Source: Octopus vulgaris (Eukaryota). From it: DNA of 64,000 nt. The notes under the pieces were generated by a model that saw nothing but the letters and a program-made list of their open reading frames with translations, had not been told where the DNA came from and ran no database searches. The stretch's first letter is position 1. The number at the start of each line of letters is the position of its first letter. The position numbers and the translations under genes were made by a program. Below are positions 27,456 through 42,249 of this stretch, piece after piece. The DNA is taken from contig OX597821.1 of NCBI GenBank assembly GCA_951406725.2, positions 116,932,001-116,996,000 on the forward strand, in the 5' to 3' direction.

Positions 27456-28668
27456 TATTGAGTTTCGAAAACAGCAAAATAAGAGAATCTTTAGCCTATT
27501 AGACAAAATGCATAATGGCATTCTCACCTGTTCTTTACTCTCTAAGTTCAAGTTTGACTAAGGTCAACTTTGCCTTTTTTGTCCCTCCAAGGTCAATAAA
27601 ATAAAGTCTAGTACTGATGGTGATGTAATCAACAAATCGTTCCCTTGATATGCAAAGGAATCTCCAAATAAGGATGGTGTGATGCCTTAATCTTTTATAT
27701 GTCAGACAAAAATTCTTCTGGCTCTTTAATTCTGTGTCCAAAGTCGATCAAGGCCAATTCTGCCTTCCATCCTTTTTGAGGTCGATAAAATATAGTGCTA
27801 ACCAACCAATCAACTAACCCCTTTTCCCCATAAAACTGCTGGCTTTCTATCAAAATTTGAAGCAGCTACCTGAGTTTCAGGTTTCAACTCCACCTGGCAT
27901 GAAATTCAAAGCTGTTAAATTTCTAAAGAAGATGCGGAAGTCTTCTGTAATCTTGTATTAAAATCCATTTAGTTCCACATTTTGAAAACGGTTGTCGTTA
28001 AAAGACTAACCGAGCCCAAAACAAGCCTACCATGCAATACAGTTTAATCAGAAATACTTTTAAGTGAGTCAACAGATGGTGCAGATAAGGCATAGACAAG
28101 AAAAGGGCAGGTTGAAGATGATCTGAGAAGACAGGAATTTGCAGAAGAGATGACGGAATTATTGAGTCATGGATGAACCTGCTGCATTGGGAATCTTTAT
28201 AGAATAAATGCCAACTCAAGGAAAGTAAAGGTGATACATAGAATGTTAATAATGCTTTTTACTAAAGGCACAAAGCCTGAAATGTTGTGGGAGGGGTATA
28301 GTCAATTACATTGACCCCAAAAAGATGAAAGGGATGGTTTACCTCAACAGTATTTTAACTTACAATGATAATAATACACACACATATATATATATATACT
28401 AACACATACATATGCACACACAGATAGGCATACACACACACACTCTTACATATTGATATAAATATACATATATATGCACATTTGCACACACACACACACA
28501 CATATTTGTGTATATATACACAAGCACAGATATGGCTGTGTAGTTAAGAAGTGAGTTTCACAATAATGTGGTTTGGGGTTCTATCCCACAGCATTGAATT
28601 TCCTCTATAGCTTTGTATGTCCTGTGAGCAAAATTTGGTCAGCCAAAACAGTATGAAATTCCATCTCA

Positions 28669-28754
<86 letters not shown>

Positions 28755-30342
28755 TACACACGGCTTTTATTTTAAAAGCCGAAGCATTCTAAATTACTAG
28801 ATTCCATTTTTCTGATTTCCAGGTAAGAGTAATTATTGTTGTAAATAATAGGTACTGTATATATTCTTGGGAAAGGTCATTAGATCTGATTGATCTATTT
28901 ATTGATACATATTTCTGATCACAAAAGGTCAAGCAGCAGCTCAATTTAACAAGCCACTGCACAGGATGAACATACATCTTTTTCGTACGTCAATCAATAT
29001 GTATAATCCTCTTCATAATCCACTTTTCCATGAGGCAGATTTTTTTTCTGTAGTAAGATGCCTTTCCTGTTGCCAACCTTCACCTGTTTACAAGTAAGGG
29101 TTAATATTTGCCCATGGCCAGATGTATATATATGTATATATCAGCAGGCTTTTTTCAGTTTTTATCTCCCAAATTCACTCTCATTGTTCACCCCAGGGAT
29201 ACAGTAGAAGACACTTAGCAGGATGCTGTGCAGTGGGACTGAACCCAAACCATATGGTTGGGAAGCAACCTTCTCAACCACACAACTGTGCCTGTGTGTG
29301 TATTTTAGCAAATTAGGAATAATGAAAGGTAAAGAAAACTTTGGTAGGATTTGAACTTAGAATGTCAAGATACAGAATGGATACCACATGCCACTTTGTC
29401 AGGCATCCTAATAGATCTGCCAGTCTACTGCCTTTTCGATAAATATATTTAGAAGAAAAAACAAAACATGGATTTAAGAATGTGGAATGTCCTTGAAATG
29501 AACAGGATTTACTGTATGTGTAAAGGAGAGAGAGAGAGAAAAACAAGAAAGAGAGAGAGAGAAACAAGAGGGAGAAAGCCTCCATCTATAAAATTACTTT
29601 AAGAGTTGGTTTTCATGATACTCTATTACATATTCATATAGTTAGTTTCCATGGTAACAATTTGGCCTGTCAGGACTGGTGTAAAATGGATAACCCTGAA
29701 AAAAAAAAAAAGAACTGACATTGAGTGAAATGGGAATAACATTATAAGGTCTTGGTGGTGGTGGCAGTGGTAATAGTTGTGTATGTGTGTTTTGGTGGTA
29801 TATTAAAAAAAAATTCAAAAAACATTTATAGGACACCCTGTGGTGGGTTAATTCTTAAATACCATTATTCCAGATAAACGGAACTGCTATAATTTCAACT
29901 TTATAAAGTTTATTATAATCTGACTCTTGAGATTTTCTTTTATGATTAAATTTTCCATATTGTATTCTCATGATACTGATTCCACACACATACACACAAG
30001 CTGGAGAATTTTTTTCTTAAAAGAAAAGTTTTGAAATTATTAAATGAAATAAACATTTTAGAACTCTGCAAAAAAAGGAAGTGAAAACTGACATTTAATC
30101 TTGAATTTGTAGAAACTATATGCAGAAAGATCTGGAGATTAATTCTATTGTTTATTCTTTGTCAATTCATCATCATCATTGTTATTTAACATCCGTTTCT
30201 TTTCCATGCTGGCGTGAGTTGGATGGTGTGATGGGAGCTGGTAAGACCAGGGGCTGCACCAGACTCCATTTTCTGTTTCGGCACAGTTTCTAAGGTTCGA
30301 TGCCTTTCCTAATGCCAACCACTTTCACAAAGTACTTTCCAC

Positions 30343-30515
30343 GTGGTACCAACACCAGTGTTTTTTATGTGGTACCAGCACCAGTGCTTTTCATGTGGTA
30401 CCAGCACCAGTGTTTTTTATGTGGTACCAGCACCAGTGCTTTTTATGTGGTACTAGTACCAGTGCTTTTTATGTGGTACCAGTACCAATACTTTTTATGG
30501 GGTACTAACACCAGT
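30343..30515. repeat. 26-bp minisatellite, ~6.6 copies
   Basis: Unit GTGGTACCAGCACCAGTGCTTTTTAT starting at 30343, 30369, 30395, 30421, 30447, 30473 and 30499, adjoining a family-C SINE. Confidence 0.9.
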
Positions 30516-32133
30516 TCTGTCACTGTAGAAATAATTTCTAATGTGAGGAGCTTACCTATAAGTGCATATTTCATTGATTCCATGATAACCATTAAAACAC
30601 AATCTGCAAGCTACTGGCTTCATGCACATGAAATTTTTTCCAGTCAAACGGTGATGGATGCCATATAGACAGGAGGCAAATCTTAGTCTTCCAATGAAAA
30701 TCAGATATATTCAAGCTGTTGTTTTCCTCAATTACTCAAAAGTCGTTCCGATGCTTGGATCTGGTTTTCAAAGTAAGCTTTTCATGTAATCACAAGTTCA
30801 TAAGAGGTGTTATCTCTGGACAAATACTGCAGTAAATTGGTCTATTGACAGTGTGTATACATTCATCGGGATACATAGACATCTATTTTAATTTAAGACT
30901 ACATCAGTTGCATATACTGGGTTCTTATTCAGCCTGGTGGCTATTTACGACATCAGTGAATGTTTTATTCACTTTTTCCTACATCAGAGATGATGAATTC
31001 TTGTCTGAGCATGTGAATGGTTGTATGTGCCATTGAAAAGGCCCAAAATGCACCTAGTGTTTTCACTGGCCCCTGCCGGAATGAATTTTCATCTCTTTCT
31101 GATATTTACTGTTTTTATCACAGCATATCCATAACAGATAAATACTGCTGTAACTGGCCTATCAGCAGTGTATATTCGTTGAGTATGATACATAATTGGC
31201 TATTTTAATTTACTACAGCCTCACTTATGTATACCAGGTTCTTTATTCAACAGGCAGCTATTCCCAATGTCAGTGAATGTTGTGTTCTCTATTGAGAACA
31301 TATATATATACATATATACGACAAGTTTCTTTCAGTTTCTGTCTAGAAAATCCACTCACAAGGCTTTGGTCAGCCCGAGGCTATAGTTGAAGACACTTGC
31401 CCAAGGTGCTACACAGTGGGACTGAACACGGAACCATGTGGCTGGTAAGCAAGCTACTTACCACACAACCACTCCTATGCCTACACAATTGTTAGGTCAT
31501 AAGTTCAATACCTGGTGGTATGTTGTGTCCTTGAACAAGATGTTTTATTTCACATTGCTCCAGGCCATTCAAGAGGCAAAAAAAAAAGTGCGTAACTGGT
31601 ACTTATTTAATCGACCCCGAAAGGATGAAAGGCAAAGTCGACCTCAGCGGAATTTGAACTCAGAACGTAGTGGCAGACAAAATACCGCTAAGCATTTCGC
31701 CCAGCGTGCTACCAATTCTGCCAACCTGCCGCCCTAATCTGTGGAGCACTCAACCACTTACATGTTAATTTCACAAGAAGATTGTTCTGTTGATTGGATC
31801 AAATGGAACCCTTGTCATTGCAACTCACTGTGTCATTTTCTTTTTTTTTTTATGTGAATGTATATCTGTGATTGTATTACCAATTCCTTGGCGCCTTTAA
31901 CTCTTTAATGATAGGGTGCAAGACTGGAATTGGTGTATGTGAGCCATTTCAGAAACCAAGAATTATAAGTGGCATTGTGTGTTTGGTTGGCAAAACATGG
32001 ATGAAATAAAAACACCCTGAAATGTCTGTGATGACTCAAAGAAACTAGACCCTAAACACACAACCCATTCCCCTCATCACCGCAACTACAACTGAACACG
32101 CAGCCTATACTTCCACTCAACACACAGATAATC

Positions 32134-32166
<33 letters not shown>

Positions 32167-33583
32167 TCTTACATACCATGAGGATTCTGAAATGTAACGC
32201 AAGATTCTTTAGTAACTGAAGACTGTAGAATCAGACTTTATTCTTTCAATAGTCAGAACAATTCTTCAGCCAAGAAGGATTCAGATTTCAAAATCTTAAT
32301 GTCTGTCATGTTCTTTCCTTATTCTCAGTTTTACTTCTCCCGTCAACACCACCACCACCAACACCACTACCACCACCATCACCATCACAATACCCGCCTC
32401 CGCCAGCATCGCTGTCTCCTACCACCATGTGGCTTACATGCTGAATAATTGTCCTCACTGTTGTAGACTTGTTTACTTGCAGTGAGCCTTTCAATCAAAA
32501 TGGCTCTATGTTGTGACTGGCCGAGGGGGTGGGAAGAGGACTTACAAAAGTTCTTTCGTGGACAACTTGGTGTACAGTCGTCATCATCATCATCATCATT
32601 TTATGCCCTCCTTCCATGCTGGCATGGGTTGGATGAGTCACCTCAGTCTGAGACAACGCCTATTAGCAGCTTCTAAAAAAATTGGTTCTTATACATAGTG
32701 TTTAGATCAATTTCTACAGTTGGATGTAACTTCCTATTGTCAATAGAGTGCACTATGTGTGCACCTTTACAGCATGCTCTACATGTGCACCTTTCTCATG
32801 GCACCAACATCAGAGAGGTTTATGAGTCCCTTGCAAGACAGCAGATCATGGCTGACTACTCTCTATAGTCTTGCTCTCATCATCTGATTTTTGCCATCCT
32901 GTGTGTGTGTATATCTGTGCGCATGTCTGTGTAGGTATGTGTGCAGCTGTGTGTGTGTGCATGTGCACACGTGTGTGTGCGTGTGCACACATGTGTGTGT
33001 CTGTGAGTGTCTGTGTGTCTATGTGTCTGTGTGCGTGTGTGTGTGTGTGTGTTTGTGTCTATGTGTCTGTGTGTGTGTGTGTCCGTCTGTCTGTATGTGT
33101 GTCTGTGTGTTCATGCATGTCTGTGCGTGTGTGTGTGTGTGTGTGTGCATGTGTGAACTTCACTTCCACCCATCAAACATATTTTTTAATATTTCCAATG
33201 ACTAAAACAAGTAAAACATAAAAGAAACATAATTTGATAAATAAATGACCGTAACTGATTTAATAAGGTTTGACCTTTTCACTTGGGTGTGGGGTCTGTC
33301 CCCTTGGCTAAAATACTTTAGCTCCAGCAAAACAGTAGAACCCTACAGTAAAGTTCTGTTATTCTTTCTCTTTTTGTGTGTGAACCGGAATATATTGGTG
33401 AATATTTCTAAAACTTTGACCTTTTCAGCTTATGGGTCATGACCCTTGCTATGCTGCCCCTTGGTTAAAATGGTAACATTTAAGGAAGCTAGGGTTGATG
33501 TGTTGTGTTGGTAAATGGTATGGGCATGAAGTGTTGTTTAAGAAATTTGCATCTTAACCATATGGTTTCCAGTTCAGTCCCAC

Positions 33584-34330
33584 CAGGGCTGGATTAAGAC
33601 CTATCGAGGCCCTAAGCACTTAAAAGATTTTGATGTCCCCACAAAAGATTATGTAATTCAAAATACAAACAATAACAAACCATAAAATAAATTTTTATTT
33701 TTCAAAGTGAAACAAAACAGTAAAAGGGCGAAATAATGTTTATTTTTGTCTACTTCCACTTTATTTAGATTTGAAAAGTTTCCTCCTACTCTTTTGAATT
33801 GCAAAGTCTTTGATCAGATCCTCAAAATTAATCTTAGATAACACATCTGCATCTGTACTTTATTTCATCAAATTTGTCATGACAGCATTACAAAGAGTAC
33901 CTTGCGGGCTGGACAGAAACATTATTGAAATGAATGATGAAAAAAAAATGAAAATAATGATATTGATGGGAGAAGACAAAAAACACCCGCCAATTCTTTG
34001 CTTCTCCAATACATTATTCTTTTGATAAAAAAACAAAACAAAATGAGGTATTAAACCTCTTACCTTGGTTTATTACAAATTTTCTTTTGTCTTTCTACAA
34101 GAAAGAACACGCAAAAATGAGGCAGTAAACCACTTACCCAGACTGAGACATCAAGTCTCTTCACATCTGCATCTTTACTTGGTAGAGATAAAGGCATCCT
34201 GAATATATTTTAGCAAAGTTTAAAGTGATTTCTTTTGTGCTGTAAACCATTTACCATTTCTGTGGTGCCCCCTCCTTCTCTTGATGCCCTAAGAACATGC
34301 TTATTTTGCTTAATGGTTAATCCAGTGCTG
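33584..34330. mobile_element. Non-autonomous hAT element inserted into a family-A SINE
   Basis: TIR CAGGGCTGGATTAA / TTAATCCAGTGCTG and an 8-bp TSD AGTCCCAC/AGTCCTAC; SINE sequence resumes on both sides. Confidence 0.85.
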
Positions 34331-36069
34331 AGTCCTACTGTGTAGTACGTAGAGCTGATGGCTTCCACTTTAGCCTGGCCCGACCAAAGCTCCTGAGTGT
34401 ATTTGATAGATGGCATGCACATTATATGTGTGTGTGTGTGTTGTTGTCTTGATTTCACCTGATGGTTGTAAATGATTGTCACTGTCATACAAGCAGTGTT
34501 GCTCATTTCCATTCTTCTGTGAAAGCAGGCCTTGCTTGGAGACAGGTGAGGGTTTACAACAGGAAGAGCATCCAGCCATTGACAAAATCTATCTCAATGA
34601 ATTCCATCTAACCCATGCAAGTATGGAAATGTTGACATAAAAACAACAAGAATGACGACGTAAATAGCCAGGATTTTGACAATGGAGGTCATCATTTATC
34701 AAAATAGACCCACCGTTGGCTGTGCAATCTGTAAAAACAAAATTAAAACCCATGTTAGACCCCCACAGGAGTTGTATGATGTTGTGTTTGGTTAAACTTG
34801 TCAAACCCCTTACTTTGACTATGTATCATCATCACCATCATCACCATCATCACCATAATTACCATCATCATCACCATCATCATCACCATAATTACCATCA
34901 TGTGTATGTGAATAGCAATGCAAAGAGTTCCAACAGTGGAATAAGTATGGTTCTGATGATGAAGCAAAGTGGATCAAATTCTAATTAAAAGTTGGTGTAA
35001 GTTTTTCTGAGTTCAAAACCTTAGAAAAGCAGATAAGAAAATGAACCAAATTTAAACTTAGTGTACAGAAATACAGAATGAATACCACAACGCATCATTT
35101 TTTATGCTTTCACTTTTCTGCCAATTCGTTATTTTAATTCAACAAAAATGGTGGTGCCCCAGCATGGCCACAGCTCGTGAGCTGAAACTAGATGAAAAAA
35201 AAAAAGCATCAAATTCTAATATAAAGTCAATTTTATAAACTTAAATCCAGAAAGGTTTTTATTATTCTTTTACTTGTTGCAGCCATTGGACTTTGGCCAT
35301 GCTGGAGCCCTGCCTTGAAGGGTTTAGACTTGTGGCTCTCAACCCTTTTGTTACCTATGGTTGTAGTAGAAGAAACTTGCTCAAGGTACCACACAGTGGG
35401 ATTGAACTCAAAGCCATAAGGAAGCAAAAGGTGTTTCTTAAGCCATATAGCCATGCCTATGCAATGTCTAGAATTTTTGACCATCACTCATCTTCGTTAA
35501 AAATATATCAAAAAACAAAAAAAGCACGAGCCACCCATTTTTATTGCTCGACTTCTCCATGATAAAATTCCAATTTTGGTCTCGTCTATATTTAGCTAAA
35601 GTTTATATATTTTTATACCAAAATGAAGAAAATATAAAAAAAAAAGATAAAATGATTTCAGTAAAATAAATAACTTGAATAGGTTTATGGTATTAATTTG
35701 GGTAATTACTTCAAGTGTGGATGTACTGAATGGAGTTGTTTGAGAGTAATTAATGACTGCCTCTAGGCTTTTGTTTATTTTCCCTTACTCAGTGGGATAT
35801 TTCATTTTATCGTTTATGTTTTACTTGTTTCAGTCATTAGACTGTCGCCATGCTGGAGCACTGCCTTGCAGCATATTTAGCCAAATGAATTGGCCCCTGT
35901 ACTTATTTCTTTCTTGTAAGCCTGGTGCTTATTCTATCAGTCTCTTTTGCTGAACTGCTAAGTGACAGGGACATAAATATATCAACACCAGTTATCAAGT
36001 GGTGGTGGTGGTGGGGGGGGGGATAAACACAGACACGAAGACAAGCACACACACAGATACATTGATATA

Positions 36070-36104
<35 letters not shown>

Positions 36105-36226
36105 AACTTATAAACAAGGGCAAAAGTTTATAAGTTGTTTATAATTTTAACCTTTAAAGGTATTTTAATATGATGCCACTTTTTGATGAAATTTTTTCTG
36201 TAAAAAACTTCATCCTATATTAGTAG

Positions 36227-36264
<38 letters not shown>

Positions 36265-36384
36265 TATATCTAAATACACACATACACATACCATCATCAT
36301 CATCTTTGTTTAACATCCGCCTTCCATGCTAGCATGGGTGGGACATATATATATATATATATATACACGCACGCATGCGCGCAT

Positions 36385-36417
<33 letters not shown>

Positions 36418-36867
36418 AACACCTGCATCTGTATACCTTTGACCTTTTATCTTTTACATGGCGTAATAGAAAATACTTGTCCAAGGTGCTATGAAGTGAG
36501 ACTGAACCTGAAACCATGGGGTTGGGAAATAAAGTTCCTATCCACACATCCACAGCTCAAGGTACTGGCAACTTGGGCAGATGCCCGGGTGCCATGTGCC
36601 AGGGGCCGCCAAGGAGGGCGTGACAAAGACAAGGAAATTTCCACACCCTTCAACTTGTACATGCTGAAGTTCAGCTTGCCCGGGGTGCCAGCAACCCTAA
36701 GGCCAGCCCTGCCCACACTAACACCTGCATCTGTATACCTTTGACCTTTTATTTTTTACTTGTCTCAATCATTAGACTGTGGCCATGCTAGAGCACTGCC
36801 TTGAAGAATTTTTAGTCAAACAAATCAACTGCAATACTTACTTTTTTCAGCCTGGTATTTATTATAT

Positions 36868-37275
36868 TCTCTTTTACTCTTTTACTTGTTTCAGTCATTT
36901 GACTGTGGCCATGCTGGAGCACCGCCTTTAGTCGAGCAAATCGATTCCAGGACTTATTCTTTGTAAGCCTAGTAATTATTTTATTGGTCTATTTGCCGAA
37001 CCTCTAAGTTACAGGAACATAAACACACCAGCATCGTTTGTCAAGCAATTATGGGGGGACAAACACAGACACACATACATACATATATATATATATATAC
37101 ACACATATATACGACGGGCTTCTTTCAGTTTCCATCTACCAAATCCATTCACACAGCTTCGGTTGGCCCGAGGCTATAGTAGAAGACATTTGCCTAAGGT
37201 GCCACACAGTGGGACTGAACCCGAAACCATGTAGTTGGTAAGCAAGCTACTTACCACACAGCCACTCCTACGCCT
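36868..37275 (-). mobile_element. SINE family A
   Basis: Full-length reverse-complement copy. Confidence 0.9.
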
Positions 37276-37855
37276 ATATTGTTCACTTTTGCCAAACTGC
37301 TAAGTTAGGGCGTCATAAACAAACCAGTGGTGCTGCTGCCGATGGAGGCAAACATAGATAGACACACACACACGACGGGCTTCTTCCAATTTCCATCTAC
37401 CAAATCCACTCACAAGGATTTAGTTGGCTTCAGGCTATTGTAGAAAATTCTTGCCCAAGGTGCCATGCAGGAGGACTGAACCTGGAACCATGCGGTTGGG
37501 AAGCAAGCTTCTTACCACACAGCCATGCCTTCACCTATAGCCATCCTTATGTATATATATATATACACACACACATACGCACATGTGGAACTTTCTGGTT
37601 ATGACTATTAAGAAATATATACATGGCTATTATTTGAATAATTTTATTTCTTTTCTAGATTACCGCACCCATGTGCTGAGAAGAATGTTTAAAAACAAAC
37701 ACATGTACAAAGTGAAGGAAGGGAAAGAGTTAAAATATCTTTAGAGCGTCTGGTAACCCTCATGCGATTAAATTAAAATAGGTTGATCCGAGATAGATAG
37801 TATGGGGGGGGGAGTTATGCATGTGCATGTGTGTGCATGTATATGGATATATGTG

Positions 37856-37890
<35 letters not shown>

Positions 37891-37947
37891 ATGTATATAT
37901 ACATATACATATACACACACACACATATATATGCAAGTATAATGTAT

Positions 37948-37994
<47 letters not shown>

Positions 37995-38182
37995 CACACA
38001 CATATATATGCATATATACATATATTTACACATATATACACACACATACATAATATATGTGTATATATGTGTGTATGTGTGTGTATATATATATACATAT
38101 ATATATATATGCATGCACATATATATGCATATATACACACACACACACATATATATATGCATATACACATACACATATATAT

Positions 38183-38241
<59 letters not shown>

Positions 38242-38665
38242 TACACATACTATCATCATTATCATTGTTTAACATCCGCCTTCCATGCTAGCATAGGTGG
38301 GACATATATATATATATATATACACACATACACACACGCATATATATATATACATGCACACACATACATTTGGACATACATACTGAATAGCAGATTCTGC
38401 AAGTAAACTTCATCTAAGTTAAAACAGGAACAGCTAAAATATGTAGAAAGGAATGGTTAAGGAGGTGGGAGGGGTGGGGGAGAATGACAAGGGAGATATT
38501 AAGGACCAGTTGCTGATTCTGGGAACACTATCAGGTGAAAAATAAATAAATGAGCAAGAGAAATAGGGAAGGTTTTGGTCTGTCTCTGAATAGCAAAGAA
38601 TGTCTTCAGTCTACCTGTTAAATTACACACACACACACATATGTATATATGTGTGTATGTATGTA

Positions 38666-38712
<47 letters not shown>

Positions 38713-38713
38713 T

Positions 38714-38744
<31 letters not shown>

Positions 38745-38997
38745 TTGTATGTATGTATATATATTCGTATGTATATATTTATATGTGTGTGTGTATATAT
38801 ATATATAAAACTGAACTTTTGAAATTGATGGTATACTGTAATACAGTACCTTATTCAATGTGTTGTGAATCACCCAAACTTTCTTAAATCCCTCCTCTGT
38901 AATAAACGTATCCAGGATAAATGGTATTCAATCATTAAATATCAGCTATGTCCTTTAAAATGAAAGTATGCACATCTTCTAATATTTCTCTCCAAAA

Positions 38998-39210
38998 AGG
39001 GAGCAAGCTGGCAGAAACGTTAGTATGCCAGGCGAAATGCTTAGCGGTATTTCATCTGTCTTTACATTCTGAGTTCAAATTCCCCCGAGGTTGACTTTTC
39101 CTTTCATCCTTTCGGGGTTGATAAATTAAGTACCAGTTGCATACTGAGGTCGATCTAATCGACTGGCTTGGTCCCCAAAAATTTCGGGCCCTGTGCCTAG
39201 AATAGAAAAG
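38998..39210 (+). mobile_element. SINE family B
   Basis: AGCTGGCAGAAACGTTAG...GAGTTCAAATTC...CCTTTCATCCTTTCGGGGTTGATAAATTAAGTACCAG; flanked by a duplicated AATATTTCTCTCCAAAA (TSD-like). Confidence 0.85.
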
Positions 39211-39342
39211 AATATTTCTCTCCAAAAGGTTCATCAGTTTGCTGGTTATATCTGGATTGCATGTTTCTACTCTGATTATATATATATATAATGTATAATA
39301 TATAATATATATAGCATGGAAAACGGACATTAAACGACGACA

Positions 39343-39386
<44 letters not shown>

Positions 39387-39862
39387 ATATATATAATTTC
39401 TTGTCTCAATTTTTCATTTTTTTAAAATCTAAATAGAAGTAGTTTTTTTTTTTGTTCTTTTTGTGACCAATATATTTTTTTTCTTTTTGTTAGATTTTAA
39501 TGTAAGATCTATGTCACATCCATGAGATCATTTCTTACTCTCCAATCTGGAACAGCCTCTGTCCTCCAAGTTAAGACCTACTGCTTGACATGCACTTAAC
39601 CTATATACACTTGACCTAAAACTCCACATGCACATACACACACACACACAAGCAATTTGCAGAAATGCTGGGAAAATAGCTTGTACACATAGAAACTTAA
39701 TTTACCTTAACGACATACTCTTGTTGATCACATGGCACACACACACTCAGCCACTCGGTGTTTATTTATAAGCTGTCAATAGTTTTGTAGGAAACTAGGA
39801 AACTATTAACTGTTTAAAAATAGAATTATGAACCATTGCATTTGACTCAGTGGATTCCATAC

Positions 39863-40073
39863 TCTCTTTACTCTTTTACTCGTTTCAGTCTTTTGACTGT
39901 GGCCATGCTGGAGCACCGCCTTTTAGTTGAGCAAATCGACCCCAGAACTTATTCTTTGTAAGCCTAGTACTTATTATATCGGGCTCTTTTGCCAAACCGC
40001 TAAGTTACGGGGACGTAAACACACAAGCATCGGTTGTCAAGCGATGTTGGGGGAGCAAACACAGACATACAAG

Positions 40074-40108
<35 letters not shown>

Positions 40109-40283
40109 GTACATATATACAACGGGCTTCTTTCAGTTTCCGTCTACTAAATCCACTCACATGGCTTTGGCCAGCCCGAGGCTGTAGTAGAAAACACTTG
40201 CCCAAGGTGCTATGCAGTGGAACTGAACCCGGAACCATGTGGTTCGTAAGCAAGCTACTTACCATACAGTCACTCCCACGCCT
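39863..40283 (-). mobile_element. SINE family A
   Basis: Full-length reverse-complement copy. Confidence 0.9.
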
Positions 40284-40910
40284 ATAATCACAAATCACAA
40301 CAATTGTTTCTGCGCAGTGCCAACAGCTGTTGGCTGCTATGTTTTCCACATCGTACTGTTGCATAAAATATTATATAAATAATTACATAAATAAATATGA
40401 TTCAGCACCATATCCAACACATTAAGCATCCATAAACACATTCCTTAAATTTAGCAATAATTGGATGGACCAATTTTACATATTACACACATTCTGGGCA
40501 ACTCTGTTAGGGATAACTGTAGAGAGTGACTGAATCGCACTGCTAACACAGGGAGGACACGGTAGTGACTCATAATATATTTGGGTGTATAATATTGTTG
40601 CATAATGAAATATAGCACCCCTACCAGCAATTGATATATCATCATCATCATCATCATCGTTTAACGTCCGTTTTCCATGCTAGCATAGGTTGGACGGTTC
40701 GACTGGGGTCTGGGAAACCAGGAGGCTGCACCAGGCCCCAGTCTGATCTGGCAATGTTTCTACAGCTGAATGCCCTTCCTAATGGATGGCAACCACTCCA
40801 AGAGTGTAGTGAGTGCTTTTTTTACATGCCACTGACACCGGGGGGCGGGGGCTGACATTGACAATGATCAGATGGTGCTTTTTACGTGCCACCAGCACAG
40901 GAGCCAGTAC

Positions 40911-40949
<39 letters not shown>

Positions 40950-42249
40950 GCATCCAGTCTACATTGTGAAGTGGTTTGCATTTGGAAGAGCATCCAGCTG
41001 TAAAAACCATGCCGAAAAACTGACCTCACCTGAGCTGGTGCCACATAAAAAGCATTCAGTTCACTCTATAGGGTGGTTGGTGTTAGGAAGGGCATCCAGC
41101 TGTAAAAACTATGTCAAAACCGACACAGTACCTTGGGTGAGTCTTCTACCTGGTTAGCCCCTGTCAAACCATCCAACCCATACCAGAATGGAAGACAGAC
41201 ATTAAATGATGATGATGATGATTGTGTGTGTGTGTGTGTGTGTACATACATACAATGAGCTTCTTTCAAATTCTTTCCACCAATTCGACTCATAAGGTTA
41301 TGGTTGGTTCGAGGCTATAACAGAAGACACTTGCCAAAAGTACTGCGTATGGGATTGAACCTGAGGCAACAGGGTTGAGAAGCAAGCATACATACATATA
41401 AGTGTGCCTGTTTATATATCTTTTATTGAGTTCAGTTGTTGGGTTGTAGCCAATGTCCTTAAAATACTTTTGGTAATGCTGCTTACATACTTGAAAGGAA
41501 AAAAGTAACATTTGTTTATGTACCATTAATTTTTTCCATTTATCCTCCCCCATCTCTCCCCCTCTTGCTCTACTTTCTTTTTTTAATTATTTAATTTTTA
41601 CTTAGGATGGCAGGTTGTGATTCAAGTGAGATTTGGTTTTTATTTCTAGCAGGTCGTGTGACCACATAGGAACACCTTTGTTGGATCACTATGTTTGAAA
41701 ATATTTAGATTGGTTGGTGGTTGCAAGCGTCTCGCTTAAACTAATATTTGCTACTTCACGTTAATGAGTCTAGAACATAGCAAGAAACGTGTTGCTTTTA
41801 CCAATTAGCTAGTCGTTATTACTTCTTGTTGTTGTTGCCATTTTTTACCTTTCTTTTCCAGTTTTGAGTATTGCAAAATATGTGTCTGCATGTACCTGTA
41901 TAGATGTCTATATATACATATATATATATATATGATGGACTCTCCCATCGTTAGACGGCATATGAGGGTTCGACAATTTCTTACCAAACAACCACACAGA
42001 TGATTTGTTTATAGATTAAATGTTTGTGTAGACGTAAGCTCACTCCTTCCATCAAATCGACATTACCTGTACAGGTGCAACTGGGTGCCACATGTCAGAT
42101 GTTGAAATGATCACAGAGCAACGTGAAATGAAGTGCTTCTGCTCAAGCACACAACGCAACGCCTGGTCTGGGACTTGAACCCATGATCTCGCAATCACGA
42201 GTGCAACACCCTAACCACTAAGCCATGTACCTTCACAAATATACAGCTG

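Noticed and set aside
30343-30515. Regular 26-bp repeats resembling a CRISPR array
   Set aside because: Head-to-tail units without unique spacers, in eukaryotic SINE context, with no cas genes.
37640-37745. Acceptor TTTCTTTTCTAG as the next neurexin exon
   Set aside because: Phase-1 continuation hits a stop within ~28 codons and shows no LNS2 similarity.
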